Source of the DNA: an uncultured Gemmatimonadaceae bacterium
GTDB lineage: Bacteria; Gemmatimonadota; Gemmatimonadetes; Gemmatimonadales; Gemmatimonadaceae
Length of the DNA: 64,000 nucleotides
Assembly (NCBI GenBank): GCA_963843845.1
Contig: CAWJMB010000006.1
Location: forward strand, 1 to 64,000
Direction: 5' to 3'
The translations under genes and the position numbers were made by a program. Shown here one piece after another: positions 10,163 to 22,658 of the stretch (within the stretch, counting starts at the first letter, position 1; each line of letters opens with the position of its first letter). The notes under the pieces were generated by a model, which searched no databases, was not told the origin of the DNA, and was given only the letters and a program-made list of their open reading frames with translations.

Positions 10163-11103
10163 CGGAGTTTCACGGGCAGGGCGCGCGCCGGTGGAGCGAT
10201 CCGGCGCAGGAGCCCGAGCGCGAGGCGCGGCACGCGCTGCTCATCGACCTGCTCGGCGCGTACGTCGACGACGAGCTGCCGGTGGAGACCGCGTCGCAGC
10301 TCGACGCGCACCTCGTCGGCTGCGCGCGCTGCCGGCGCGAGGTGCGCCTGCAGCTCGCCGTGCGCGACCGACTCGCCGCGGCGCCTCTCCCCGCCGTCGG
10401 GCCGCCCGTTCGCGACCGCATTCTCGCGGCGGCGTTCGCGGCGCAGCCTGGCGAGCGTCGCGCGCCGAACGAGTCGCCATGGGCCGCCGAGCCGCGACGC
10501 GCGCAGGCGGTGCCCGACGGGTCGGCGGATCCATCGACCGGGCTGCGACGTCGGCGCGCGACGCACGCCTGGCTCGTCGTCGTCGCGGCGATCGCCGTCG
10601 CGGCCGCACTGGTCGTCGCGCTGCGTGAGACGATCGTCGGGCGGCCGGGCGGAGCCGCACGCATGCCGCTCGCCGAGCTCGCGACGCCGGCGGCGCAGGT
10701 GCCGCTGCTCGCCGCCGCCGTCGACGACTATCTGCGCATCGCTGGAGCGGATCTGCCCGGGCCGGCGCGCGACCTCGACGCGGTGCGGGCCGCGGTCGGG
10801 TTCCCGATCGAGCCGCTCACCGGCCCCGCCGTGCGCCTGCTGGGCGCCTGGACGACGACGCTCGGCGGCGAAGGCGCGGCGGTGCTCGCGTATCGCTGGG
10901 ACGACCGGCTCGTCGTGCAGTACATTGTGCCGGACCACCTGTTCTTCCGGCACCCTGCGCTGCGCGCCCCCGCGGCGTCACACGGTGCCGTCGGCGCGAC
11001 GGTCGGTCGCGTCGGCGTCGTCGCGTGGCCGGTCGAGGCGGCGGGTGCGTTGCTCGTCGGTGAGGAGACCCCGGCTCGGCTCGCGGCAGTACGCGCGCCG
11101 TGA
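10159..11103 (+). CDS. Zinc-binding transmembrane anti-sigma factor (zf-HC2)
   Basis: LGAYVDDEL..HLVGCARC, single TM, extracytoplasmic domain; overlaps sigma stop. Confidence 0.85.
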   Translation: MTEFHGQGARRWSDPAQEPEREARHALLIDLLGAYVDDELPVETASQLDAHLVGCARCRREVRLQLAVRDRLAAAPLPAVGPPVRDRILAAAFAAQPGERRAPNESPWAAEPRRAQAVPDGSADPSTGLRRRRATHAWLVVVAAIAVAAALVVALRETIVGRPGGAARMPLAELATPAAQVPLLAAAVDDYLRIAGADLPGPARDLDAVRAAVGFPIEPLTGPAVRLLGAWTTTLGGEGAAVLAYRWDDRLVVQYIVPDHLFFRHPALRAPAASHGAVGATVGRVGVVAWPVEAAGALLVGEETPARLAAVRAP

Positions 11104-11188
11104 TCGCCGTCGCCCGCCGGCCGGCGGCCCGCCGAGCGGGTGTCCCACGGTCGCGCACTCGCGCGTCAGCCTCTCCTCACGCCCCGCC

Positions 11189-12595
11189 GTGCCGCGTCGT
11201 TCCGCTCTCACGATCGCGTACAGTGTGCTCCTGCTGCCACTGGTGGGCGCATCCGGTCTGGCGGCCCAGCAGTCGCCGCCGGCGGGGGCGAGCCGCGCCG
11301 ACGGCACGCGCGCCGACTCGCTGCGCGCCGACTCGCTGCGCGCCGAGCTCGACTCGCTGCGCGCCAGGCTCGCGCGCGCCGAGGCGGCGGTCGCGCTCAT
11401 CCGGCAACAGCTCGCGACCGAGTCGGAGAGCGCCGTGCGTATGCAGAGCCGCATCGCCGTCGACCTGTTCGCGCGCGTGCTGACGAACGTCGGGTGGACG
11501 CGCGGCGCGACGAGCGACGCCGCGGTGCCGCAGTCGGTGCAGCCGACGCGCTCCGGCGCGCGGGCGTTCACGATCACGCCGCGGCAGACGCGCGTCGGGG
11601 GCGCGCTGACCGTGCGCGACGTCCTCGGCGCGACGTTCGACGGGGACGTCGACCTCGACTTCTATGGCGGCGGACGCGACGCCGCCGGCAACCGCCCGCT
11701 CTTCCCCGAGCCGCGCCTGCGGACCGCGCGCGGCACGCTGCGGTGGGCGCGCACGGCGGTCATGGTCGGCTCCGACACGCCGCTCATCTCCGACCTCGAC
11801 CCGCTCAGCCTCGCGTCGGTCGGCGTGACCGAGTTCTCCGCGGCCGGCGACCTCTGGAACTGGCTCCGCAGGTGCGCGTGACGCACGCGCTCGGCGGGCG
11901 GCGCGTGCGGTGGGCGGTGCAGGGCGCCGTGCTCGAGCCGTTCGCGAACGCGCCGTTCGACCCGGCGCGCCCCGGCGGCGGCGACGGCGGCGAGCGGTCG
12001 GGCCTCCCCTTCGTGCAGTCGCGGCTGCGCGCGCGGTGGGGGCCCGACGAATCGGATGTGCCTGGCGGTGCGCTGCTCGACGCGCGCGACGCGATCGTCG
12101 GCGAGGGGCCGAGCGAGGTCGGCGTCGAGCGTGCACCGCGGGTGGGTGCGGACGACCGACAGCACGCGCCACGCGAGCAGCGCCGTCGCCGTCGACGTGC
12201 GGCTCGTCGTCGCGCCGCGCGTCGAACTGCGCGGCGAGGCGTACCGCGGGCGGCTGCTGCTCGGGCTCGGCGGCGGCGCGATCGGGCAGGCGTTCGGGCG
12301 GCCGGCGAGCGCGGCGCAACCGTCAGGCGCCCCACTGCGCGACACGGCGGCGTGGGCGCAGCTCAACGTGCGCCCGACGGAGCGGTGGCTCGGCGGCGTC
12401 GGCTGCGGCATCGACCGGGTGGACGACGCCGGCCGGCCGGAGCGGCGGCAGAACACGGCGTGCGCGGCGCACGTGCGGTGGACGCCGGTGCAGCCGGTGC
12501 TGCTCGGCCTCGAGTACCGCCGGCTCGCGACGCTCTACTCGACGGGGATGTTCCAGGCGGATCATGTCAATCTCGCGATCGGCTTCACCCTCTGA
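11189..12595 (+). CDS. Outer-membrane beta-barrel/porin with N-terminal coiled coil (frameshifted)
   Basis: Signal peptide, coiled coil, DLDFYGG..PRLRTA, C-terminal VNLAIGFTL beta-signal; spread over three frames. Confidence 0.65.
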
Positions 12596-12596
12596 G

Positions 12597-13310
12597 CGCG
12601 TTCGGCGCGCGACGTGGGCGCGACGCACGGCGCTCGCCTTCGGCACCCTCGTCGTCGTCGGCGCGGCCGGTCAGCCGTCGACGGACGTGACCGGCCGCCT
12701 GCGCATCGTCAACCGCCCGGGCGACGATGCGCAGGAGCTGACCGACGCCGTCGTGTGGCTCGAGACGGTACGCCGTTCGGCGACGACCGCCCCCCCCGCG
12801 AGCGACGTCACGCCGAGTGGCGGATCGATCCTGATGAAGGGGCGCGAGTTCCTGCCGCACGTGCGCGTCGTGCGCAGCGGCGGCGCGGTCGCGTTCCCGA
12901 ACGACGACCCGTTCAGCCACAACGTCTTCTCGAACACGGCGTTCGGCGCGTTCGACCTGGGGCTGTACCGCCACGGCGACACCCGTGCGGCGTCGTTCGA
13001 GCGGCCGGGGGTCTACCCGATCTACTGCAACATCCATCACCGCATGGTGAGCTTCGTCGTCGCGGTGCCGACGCCGTGGTCCGCGCAGCCCGCCGCCGAC
13101 GGGCGCTTCACGCTGCGCGGCGTGCCGGCCGGGTCGTACGTGCTGCACGTCTGGCACGAGCGCGCCGGCGAGACGCGCGCGAGCCGCGTCGTCGTCGAGG
13201 CGGGCGCCGCGCCGGTGCAGCTGACGCTCGACGCGCGCGGGTACGTGCCGGCGGCGCATCTGAACAAGTTCGGGGTGCCGTACACGGCGACGCGCGCCGA
13301 CCGGTACTGA
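12597..13310 (+). CDS. Cupredoxin + carboxypeptidase-regulatory-like domain protein
   Basis: FPNDDPFSHNVFS..YCNIHHRM type-1 Cu ligands (H,C,H,M); GRFTLRGVPAGSYVLHVWHE; start uncertain. Confidence 0.8.
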   Translation, partial: RVRRATWARRTALAFGTLVVVGAAGQPSTDVTGRLRIVNRPGDDAQELTDAVVWLETVRRSATTAPPASDVTPSGGSILMKGREFLPHVRVVRSGGAVAFPNDDPFSHNVFSNTAFGAFDLGLYRHGDTRAASFERPGVYPIYCNIHHRMVSFVVAVPTPWSAQPAADGRFTLRGVPAGSYVLHVWHERAGETRASRVVVEAGAAPVQLTLDARGYVPAAHLNKFGVPYTATRADRY

Positions 13311-15518
13311 CCCGCGCCGGCCGCGCCCGACGACCTCGCTCCGCCGCCACTCGAAGGGCCTCTCCGCCCGCGTCTTCGTCGGCACCGCGCTCATCGTCCT
13401 CGCCGTGCTCGCCGCCGCACTGCTCGCGACGACGGCGACGCTGCACCGCGCCGACGAGACCGCGGCGCGCCGCCGGCTCGAGCAGGACGCGGAGTTCGTC
13501 GCGCACCTGCTCGCCGGGCGCGAGCGGAGCCTCGCCGGCGGCGCGCGCGTGTTCGCGCAGGGGCCCTACTTCCGCGCGCTCGTCGCGAAGCAGGGCGCGC
13601 GGCACGACGAGCTGCTCGACCAGGCGATCGAGGCGCGCGACCTGCTCGACGCGAGCTGGGTGTTCGTCACCGACGCGCGCGGCCGTCTGCTCGCGAAGAG
13701 CGACGAGCCGGGCGCGGCGGGGGTCGACCTCGGGCGGCGTTCCGCTCGTCGCCGGCGCGCTGCGGGGGCAGGTGACGCGCGGCTTCGGCGTGTCGCGCGA
13801 CTCGCTGCTCTTCCAGGTCGTCGCCGTCCCCGATCGTCGGGCCGGGCGGGGGCGCCGGTCGCCGGCGTGCTCGTCGCGACGAACATCATCGGCGACGACG
13901 TCGTGCGCGACGTGCGGGCGACGACGGGCAGCGACGTCGCGTTCTACGCGCTCGACGCCGACGGGCCGCGCGCACGTCGCCGCGGCGACGCTCCCGCGCG
14001 ACGCGGCGCTCGAGCGCGGCGCGCGCCGTCGCCGACGGTCGCGCGCGCGCCGGCGCGGCGGCGGACGCGCTGCGTCGCGCGTCGGCGGCGACGCGCTACC
14101 ACGCGCACGGCGCGACGGCGACGACCGCGGGGGGCGACGCGGTCGGCGGCTGGCGCGTGCTCCGCGCGCGCGACGTCGAGGGCGCGCCGGGCTCGCCGGG
14201 CATGCGCGCGCCGCTGCTCGCCGCCGGCGCTCGTCGGGCTGACGCTCGCCCTCGGCGCCGCGTGGGTCGCCGCGCGCCGCGTCACGCGCCCGATGCGCGC
14301 GCTCGCCGAGCCGCACGCCGCGCCGCGACGGCGACTACGACCTGCCCGAGCCGCGCCGCCGCGCGACGCGGCGACGAGATCGCGCGCGCTCGGCGGCGCG
14401 TTCCGCGCGATGCTCGCCGACCTGCGCGACCGCGAGGCGCTCACCGCGCTCGGCGCCCGCGGTTCGCGGCCGCGGACGTGGCGAGCGCGACGCGACTGGC
14501 GACCGCCGGTGCCGGGCGCGCGAACCGTGCCTGACGCGCGCGACGGAGTGCCGAACGGATCGCTCCAGCCGCCCGCGCGCCCGACGCCGCGCGGCTGCTC
14601 CGTCCGCACCCGCGCCCGCCCGTCGAGCGCGCGTCGGCGCGCCGGGTGCGGCTCGCCGGGCGCTACGAGCTGCAGGCGGTGGTCGGCGCCGGCGGCACGG
14701 GGATCGTCTACCGCGCGCTCGACCATGCGCTGGGCGAGACGGTCGCCGTGAAGATGCTGCGCCCCGAGCTGCTCGCGGCCGACCCGCTCGCCCGCGAGCG
14801 GCTCACGCACGAGATCCGCCTCGCGCGCCGCATCTCGCACCGCCACGTCGTGCGCATCCACGATTTCGCGGAGCACGACGGCGTGCCGTTCCTGACGATG
14901 GAGTACGTCGACGGGCCGTCGCTCGCCGCGATGCTGCGCGCGCGCGGCGCGGCTCCCCCCGGCCGGCGCGCGCTCGCGCGTCGCGAAGCAGCTCGCGCCG
15001 CGCGCTCGACGTCGGCCCACGCGCAGGGCGTCGTCCACGGCGACCTCAAGCCGGCGAACCTGCTCGTCGCGCCCGGCGGGGTGCTCAAGGTCACCGACTT
15101 CGGCGTCGCGCGGCTCGTGCGCGCGGCGCGGCGGCGCGCCCGGGACGCTCGGCGCGACATCGCCGGCGCGGTCGTCGGGACGCCAGAGTACATGGCGCCG
15201 GAGCTGCTGCTCGGCCGGGCTCGCCGACGTGCGCGCGCGACGTCTACGCCGCGGGCGTCGTGCTGCACGAGTGCCTCACCGGCGAGACGCCGTTCGACGC
15301 CGACACGCCGCTCGGCCTTCTTCGCGCGCAAGCTCGACGGTTCCGCCGCGGTCGACGCGGTGCCGGGCGGCCCGCCGCCGCCCGCCCGCGCCGTCGCGCC
15401 GTGCGACGCGCTCGACGCCGTCCTGATCGCCCTCGTCGCCGAGCTGACGGCGGCCGACCCCGCGCGGCGCCCGGCGTCGGCTCGGGCCCTGTTCGCCGCG
15501 CTCGACGGGCTCGGCTAG
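13310..15518 (+). CDS. Membrane sensor-HAMP-Ser/Thr protein kinase (frameshifted)
   Basis: Two TMs around a Cache-like domain, VTRPMRALA HAMP, GAGGTGIVY, AVKML, HGDLKPAN, DFG, GTPEYMAPE. Confidence 0.75.
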
Positions 15519-15532
15519 CGGCCCGGCCGGCG

Positions 15533-15590
15533 CTCTCCTTGACAACTTAGGAGAGCCGGCGGTACCCTTCTCCTAATTTGCATAGGAGAA
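15533..15590 (+). promoter_or_regulatory. Two 23-bp PadR operator palindromes overlapping a sigma70 promoter and RBS
   Basis: CTCTCCTTGACAACTTAGGAGAG (contains TTGACA) and TTCTCCTAATTTGCATAGGAGAA; TACCCT at 15563. Confidence 0.8.
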
Positions 15591-15594
15591 CGCG

Positions 15595-15939
15595 ATGACC
15601 GACCCCGCGGGGCTCCTGCCCGGCACGCTCGACCTCCTCATCCTCAAGGCCGTCTCGCTCGGCGAGCTGCACGGCTACGGCGTGCTGCTGCGCATCGAGC
15701 AGATCTCGGGCGGCGCGCTCCAGATCCAGCAGGGCGCGCTCTACCCGGCGCTCTACCGCCTCGAGCACCAGGGCCTGATCGACAGCGAGTGGGGCACGTC
15801 GGACAACAACCGGCGCGCGAAGTACTACCGCCTCACCGCCGCCGGCCGCGCGCGCGCTCGGCGACGAGACGGCGAGCTGGAACCGCCTCGCCGAGGCCAT
15901 CGCGCGGTCGCTCGCGGCGACGCCGGGGGAAGGCGCTGA
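15595..15939 (+). CDS. PadR family transcriptional regulator (3' frameshift)
   Basis: GTLDLLILKAV..HGYG..GALYPALYRLE..WGTSDNNRRAKYYRLT. Confidence 0.9.
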   Translation: MTDPAGLLPGTLDLLILKAVSLGELHGYGVLLRIEQISGGALQIQQGALYPALYRLEHQGLIDSEWGTSDNNRRAKYYRLTAAGRARARRRDGELEPPRRGHRAVARGDAGGRR

Positions 15940-15974
15940 TGCGCGTGAAACCCGCCGCGCCGCGCGCCGTACCT

Positions 15975-15997
15975 CTCTCCTAATCGTCTTAGGAGAG
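15975..15997 (+). promoter_or_regulatory. Third PadR operator palindrome upstream of permease
   Basis: Perfect 9-5-9 inverted repeat CTCTCCTAA-TCGTC-TTAGGAGAG. Confidence 0.8.
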
Positions 15998-16024
15998 CGC
16001 CATGTCCCCGTCAGGAGACCGCTG

Positions 16025-18808
16025 ATGTTGTCGAGACTCACGGCGCCGCTGCGCTCGCTCTGCGCGCGGGCTGCGCCGCCGCGCGGACGTCGAGGCGGAG
16101 ATGAGCGAGGAGTTCCGACTCCACGTGGAGCTCCGCGCCGCGGACCTCGTGCGCGCGGGCCTCTCGCCGGCGGAGGCGCGGCGCCGGGCGCGGCTCGAGT
16201 TCGGGAGCGCGGAGCTGCACAAGGACGACGGCGCGCCGGGCGCGCGGGCTGCGCCCGTTCGACGAGATGCGCGTCTCCTGCGCTCGACCTCAAGCTCGGC
16301 GCCGGATGCTCGTGAAGTACCCGGGGCTCACGCTCGTCGGCGGGCTCGCCATCGCGTTCGCGGTCTGCGGTGGGCGCCGGCGACGTTCGAGTTCGTGCGC
16401 CAGCTGCGCTGGCCGCGGCATCCCGCTCGCCGACGGGGAGCGCGATCGTCGGCGTCAGAGCTGGGACGCCGCGGCGGGCCGCGTCGAGCCGCGCGTGCTG
16501 CACGACTTCGCGGTCTGGCGCGACGAGCTGACGATCGGTCGAGGGGTCGGCGCCTACCGCTCGGCGCAGCGCAACCTGATCGTCGACCGGCGCGATCGGC
16601 GAGCCGGTGGAGGTCGCGGAGATCAGCGCCTCGGCGTTCCGCCTCGCGCGCGTCGCGCCGCTGCTCGGGCGCGCGCTCGTCGAGTCGGACGAGCGCCCCG
16701 GCGCGCCGCCGGTCGTCGGTCATCGGCTACGACGTGTGGCGCGCCGCTTCGGCGAGCGACCCGCGCGTCGTCGGCCGCGCGGTGCAGGCTCGGCGACACG
16801 CCGGCGACCGTCGTCGGCGTGATGCCGAGGGGTTCGCGTTCCCGGTGGCGCACGCCGCGTGGGTGCCGCTCCGCCTGACGCCGCTCGACTACGGCCGCGG
16901 GGCGCAGGGCCCGCGCTCGCACGCTCTTCGCGCCGGCTCGCCCCGGGCGCGTCGCTCGACGAGGCGCAGGCGGAGCTCGAGGCGCTGCACGCCCGCGCAC
17001 GCCCCGACTTCCCGCGCGACGCACGCGCAGCGTGCGCCCGCAGGTCGCTCCCGTGCGCGCGGTCGGTCGCTCGGCATCTCGCGGGTCGCAGCTGCTCGCC
17101 CTCGCGTCGACCAACCTTCGGCTCGGCATGCTGCTCGTGCTCGTCTGCGGCAACGTCGCGCTGCTCATGTTCGCCCGCGCCGCGACGCGCGACGGCGAGA
17201 TCGTGGTGCGCACGCGCGTTCGGCGCGAGCCGCGGCCGCATCGTCGACGCAGCTCTTCGCCGAGGCGCTCGTGCTCGGCGGCGTCGGCGGCGGCCGTCGG
17301 GCTCGCGGCGGCCGGCGCTCGGCGCTGCGCGTGCGGGCATCCGCGCCGTCGCAGACGAGCTGACGGGCCGCGGCTCCCGTTCTGGTTGCACGACACGCTG
17401 TCGCCCGCGACGCTGCTCTACGCCGCGCTGCTCACGGTCCTCGGCGCGGCGATCGCCGGCGTGCTGCCGGCGCTCAAGGTGACGCGCGGCGCTGCAGCCG
17501 CGGCTCGCGGCGGCCGCGGCCGGCGGCGGCGGGCTGCGCTTCGGCGGCGTGTGGACGGCGGTCATCGTCGCGCAGGTCGCGGTGACGGTCGGTCTTCCCG
17601 GTCGTCGCGTTCTTCGTGCGCGCGCGACGCGGTCGAGCAGCTGCGGGACGCGTGGCTCGGCTTCCCGGCGGCGCGAGTTCCTGTCGCGCGCGATGGCGGC
17701 GGACCGCGAGCTCGGCGAGCCGCGCCGGCGGCGCGCGAACACGTCGCTCGCCGCGTTCGGCGCGCGCCAGCAGGCGACCGCGCGCGAGCTGGCGCGGCGG
17801 CTGCGCGCGGAGCCGGGCGTCGGCGGCGTGACGCTGTCGCCAACCGGCTGCCGCGGACGGAGCACCCGCCCGGCATATCGAGGTCGAGACGCGGCGGCGC
17901 GGCGCGGCGCACCCGGCATTCGCCGGGCTCGCTGCCAGGTCGAGCTCGCGAGCGTCGACCCGGACTACTTCGACGTGTGGGCGCCGCGTCGCTCGCCGGC
18001 CGCGACTTCCACGCCGGCGACACGCGGCCGCGAAGCACGCGCGTCGTCGTGAACCAGTCGTTCGTGCGCGACGTGCTCGGCGGCCGCAACGCGGTCGGCG
18101 GACCGCCTGCGCTACGCGACGCCGCCGACCCCGACGCCGACCGCTCGATCCCCGTGAGCCGGGGCCGTGGCACGAGATCGTCGGCGTCGTGCGCGACCTC
18201 GCCATGGTCAACGGCGCCGACCCGGTGGAGAGCCGCGCGGGCGTCTACCACGCGGTCGCGGTCGGCGACGGGCGCGCGTCGTCGGTCGTGCTGCACGTGC
18301 GCGGCGACCCGGCCGCGTTCGCCCCGCGGCTCCGCGCGCTCGCCGCCGAGGTCGACCCGGCGCTGCGGCTCTCACGCTCCGGTCGGTCGACCAGGACGCA
18401 CGAGGAGGACCTGCGCGGCGTCGCGTTCGTGGTCCGGCTCCTCGCGACGGCGAGCGCGCTCGCGCTGCTCCTCTCGCTCGCCGGCGTCTACGCGGTCGTC
18501 GCGTTCACGGTGTCGCGGCGCACGCGCGAGATCGGCATCCGCGTCGCGCTCGGCTCCGACCGGCCCGCCTCGTCGCGTCGATCATGCGGCGGCCGTTGTC
18601 GCAGGTCGGCGGCGGGGTCGCGATCGGCGGCGTGCTCGCGTGCAGCCTCGCCTCGGGCGTCGCCGGCGGCTGGCCGTCGCCGGCGCAGCTCGCGATCATC
18701 GTCGGGTACGCGGCCGTGATGCTCGGCGTCTGCCTGCTCGCGTGCGCGGTGCCGGCGCGGAGGGCACTGCGCGTCGAGCCGACCGAGGCGCTGAGGACCG
18801 ACGGATGA
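16025..18808 (+). CDS. ADOP-type ABC permease (many frameshifts)
   Basis: MSEEFRLHVELRAADL, LVKYPGLT, CGNVALLMFARA, VSRRTREIGIRVALG, PARRALRVEPTEALRTDG in different frames. Confidence 0.8.
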
Positions 18809-18913
18809 CGGCGGGACTGACGGCTTCACTGCGGAACGCACCTCCAGACGCGGGACCACTACGGCGGGCTGTCGTCCTCTCGACCGAGAGGGCGACAGCC
18901 CGGTCCCGCCGTC
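18807..18913. repeat. Short copy of the GACGGCGGGAC palindromic repeat family with internal hairpin
   Basis: GACGGCGGGAC...GTCCCGCCGTC terminal IR enclosing CTGCGGAACGC, CAGACGCGGGAC and a GGGCTGTCG/CGACAGCCC hairpin. Confidence 0.65.
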
Positions 18914-18931
18914 AGGCAGGCAGGAAGGCCG

Positions 18932-20044
18932 TCAGGCGGGCGGCCGATGGTCCGGCGCCCACTTGTCCGGGTGCCGCTTCCAGTACTGCAACAATTGTCG
19001 GGCAGATAGGCGACCCCCTTCGCCACCCGCTCGATCACGCTCAGTCGACCTCCTCGAACGTCTGAGCGGCGTCCCCGACGCAGCGTCCACCCGCGGCGCG
19101 TCGAGCGCCCGCACGTGGGCCCCAACAGCTTGTACAGCGCGCTCATCGAGTCGTACAGCTCCGCCGCCGCAGTCGCACGCCGGGTCGAGCGTGTGCATGA
19201 AGCCCTGGTCGAGCGCGAGCCCGGTCTCCTCGGCCGACCGGAGGATCCAGCGCAGGGCGAGGTTCGACAGCCCCGCGTTCGGGTAGCCGCCGCCGACGTT
19301 CGAGTGAACGCCGGCGAACCACCGCTGCTCGACGCGCCAGCGCCGGTCGCGAGCACGCCGGGTCGTCGGCGCGGACCTCCCACAGCGTCGGCTCGAACGG
19401 CCGGCGCGGCGCTCGTCGACGGCGAGCGCGTGGAAGGCGTTCTGGACGCGGCTGCGACAGGCCGCACGTCGTGAAAGCCGTGGCGCTGGCGCGAGATCCA
19501 CCCCACCGGCCCGCGTGTCGGGACGCCCAACGCGCCGACCGTGTCCCAGACGCCGATGAAGTTGACCGGGGTCGCGGCTCGCGTAACCGCTCGCGGAACG
19601 CGACCGCCTTCGCGGACTTGGGGCGCGCCTCGTCGTCGCGATCGCGGTACAGGTCGTAGGCCTCGTCGACGCGGCCGACGTGCTCGCGGCGCAGGATGCC
19701 GGCGTTCCGTACGAGCCCCGCGAGACTGCGCACCGTGTACGCGCCGCGGCTGAAGCCGAAGAAGTACAGCTCGTCGCCCGGAGTGAAGCTCTCGACGAGG
19801 AAGCGGTAGCACGCCTTGATGTTGCGCGAGATCCCGGTGCCGAACGCGCCGCCGGTCATGCGGTCCCACCACCCGCCGGTGCCGACGCCGTTGTGATAGA
19901 AGGGCACCTGCCGCACCCCGGCGTCGTCCGCGGCGACGGATCGCGCGCTTCGTCTTCACGACGTTCGTGTTGTTCCCCGCCCCCTTCTCGTCCTGGTCGC
20001 TCGGCGTTCCAGGTGCCGTCGGCACAGACGATGAGTCGCTGCAT
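18932..20044 (-). CDS. DUF2235 (Tle1-like alpha/beta hydrolase) protein (frameshifted)
   Basis: RLIVCADGTWN, NTNVVK, GVGT, FGFSRGAYTVRSLAG, GVWDTVGALG, WFAGVHSNVGGGY. Confidence 0.85.
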
Positions 20045-20224
20045 GCGCTTGCCTCCTGCGTGCGGACCGATGTCGTGGATCGTGGCCACGATGCCGACGC
20101 GTCGCCGCAGCGTCAAGCGGGCTCCGCCGAGGCGTCGGTGATGCGGGAATAACCGGCGGCGGCGCGCCGACGACGAGAGCGATTCTGCGATTCGCGTCCT
20201 CCCTCGTGTTCCCGGAGCTCCGTC

Positions 20225-20875
20225 ATGGCCGCACCTCGTATCGCCCGGCTCGTCGCGCTCGCCTTCACCTTCGCCCTCCCCGCCGCCGCCGCCGCGCAAG
20301 GCACGGCGACCGATGCCGCCGGCGACTTTCTCACCACGTACGCGGGGGTGAGGACACTCGACCTCGACGTGCTCGGCGTGTCGTTCACGTTCGACGGCGC
20401 GAACTTCCGCCTGCGCTCGACGCAAGCTGGGGCGATCGACCCCGCGAGCGGGCACCTGTTCGTGTGGGGGATCAACCGCGGCACCGGCACCGCCGGCTTC
20501 GCCTCGCTCGGCCTCGGCGGCGTGCTGTTCGACGCGGTGCTCGCGATCAACCCGGGGAGCGCGACGAACTCGGTGCGCCTCCTCCCGGAGGCGGCCACGC
20601 TCACCCTCCCCGGCGGCTCGGTGCTCTTCAGCGGCAACGTGCTCGAGATCGTCGTCCCGGCGGCGCTGCTGCCGTCGCGCGGCTTCGCGCTCACGCAGTA
20701 CACCGCGAACCTCTGGCCGCGCGACGGCGTCAGCCCCGGCACGAGCGCGATCTCCGACTTCGCCCCCGACAACGGGAACGTGGGCGTGCTCGCGACCCCG
20801 GAGCCGGCGACGGCGCTGCTCGTCGCCCCACTGGGCCTCGGTCTCATCGCCTGGCGGCGGCGCCGGAGGGTGTGA
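20225..20875 (+). CDS. PEP-CTERM sorting domain surface protein
   Basis: Signal peptide; C-terminal TPEPAT + TM + RRRRR. Confidence 0.85.
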   Translation: MAAPRIARLVALAFTFALPAAAAAQGTATDAAGDFLTTYAGVRTLDLDVLGVSFTFDGANFRLRSTQAGAIDPASGHLFVWGINRGTGTAGFASLGLGGVLFDAVLAINPGSATNSVRLLPEAATLTLPGGSVLFSGNVLEIVVPAALLPSRGFALTQYTANLWPRDGVSPGTSAISDFAPDNGNVGVLATPEPATALLVAPLGLGLIAWRRRRRV

Positions 20876-20977
20876 TCGTCAGCGACCGGACGGTGTAGCG
20901 GTGTATACTGTGGCACGCGGCGGGCGGGCTCGGCGAAGTTCCCGGGTCCGCCCGCCGCGCGTCCGCTCACGCTCTCC

Positions 20978-22651
<1,674 letters not shown>

Positions 22652-22658
22652 GCGGTGG

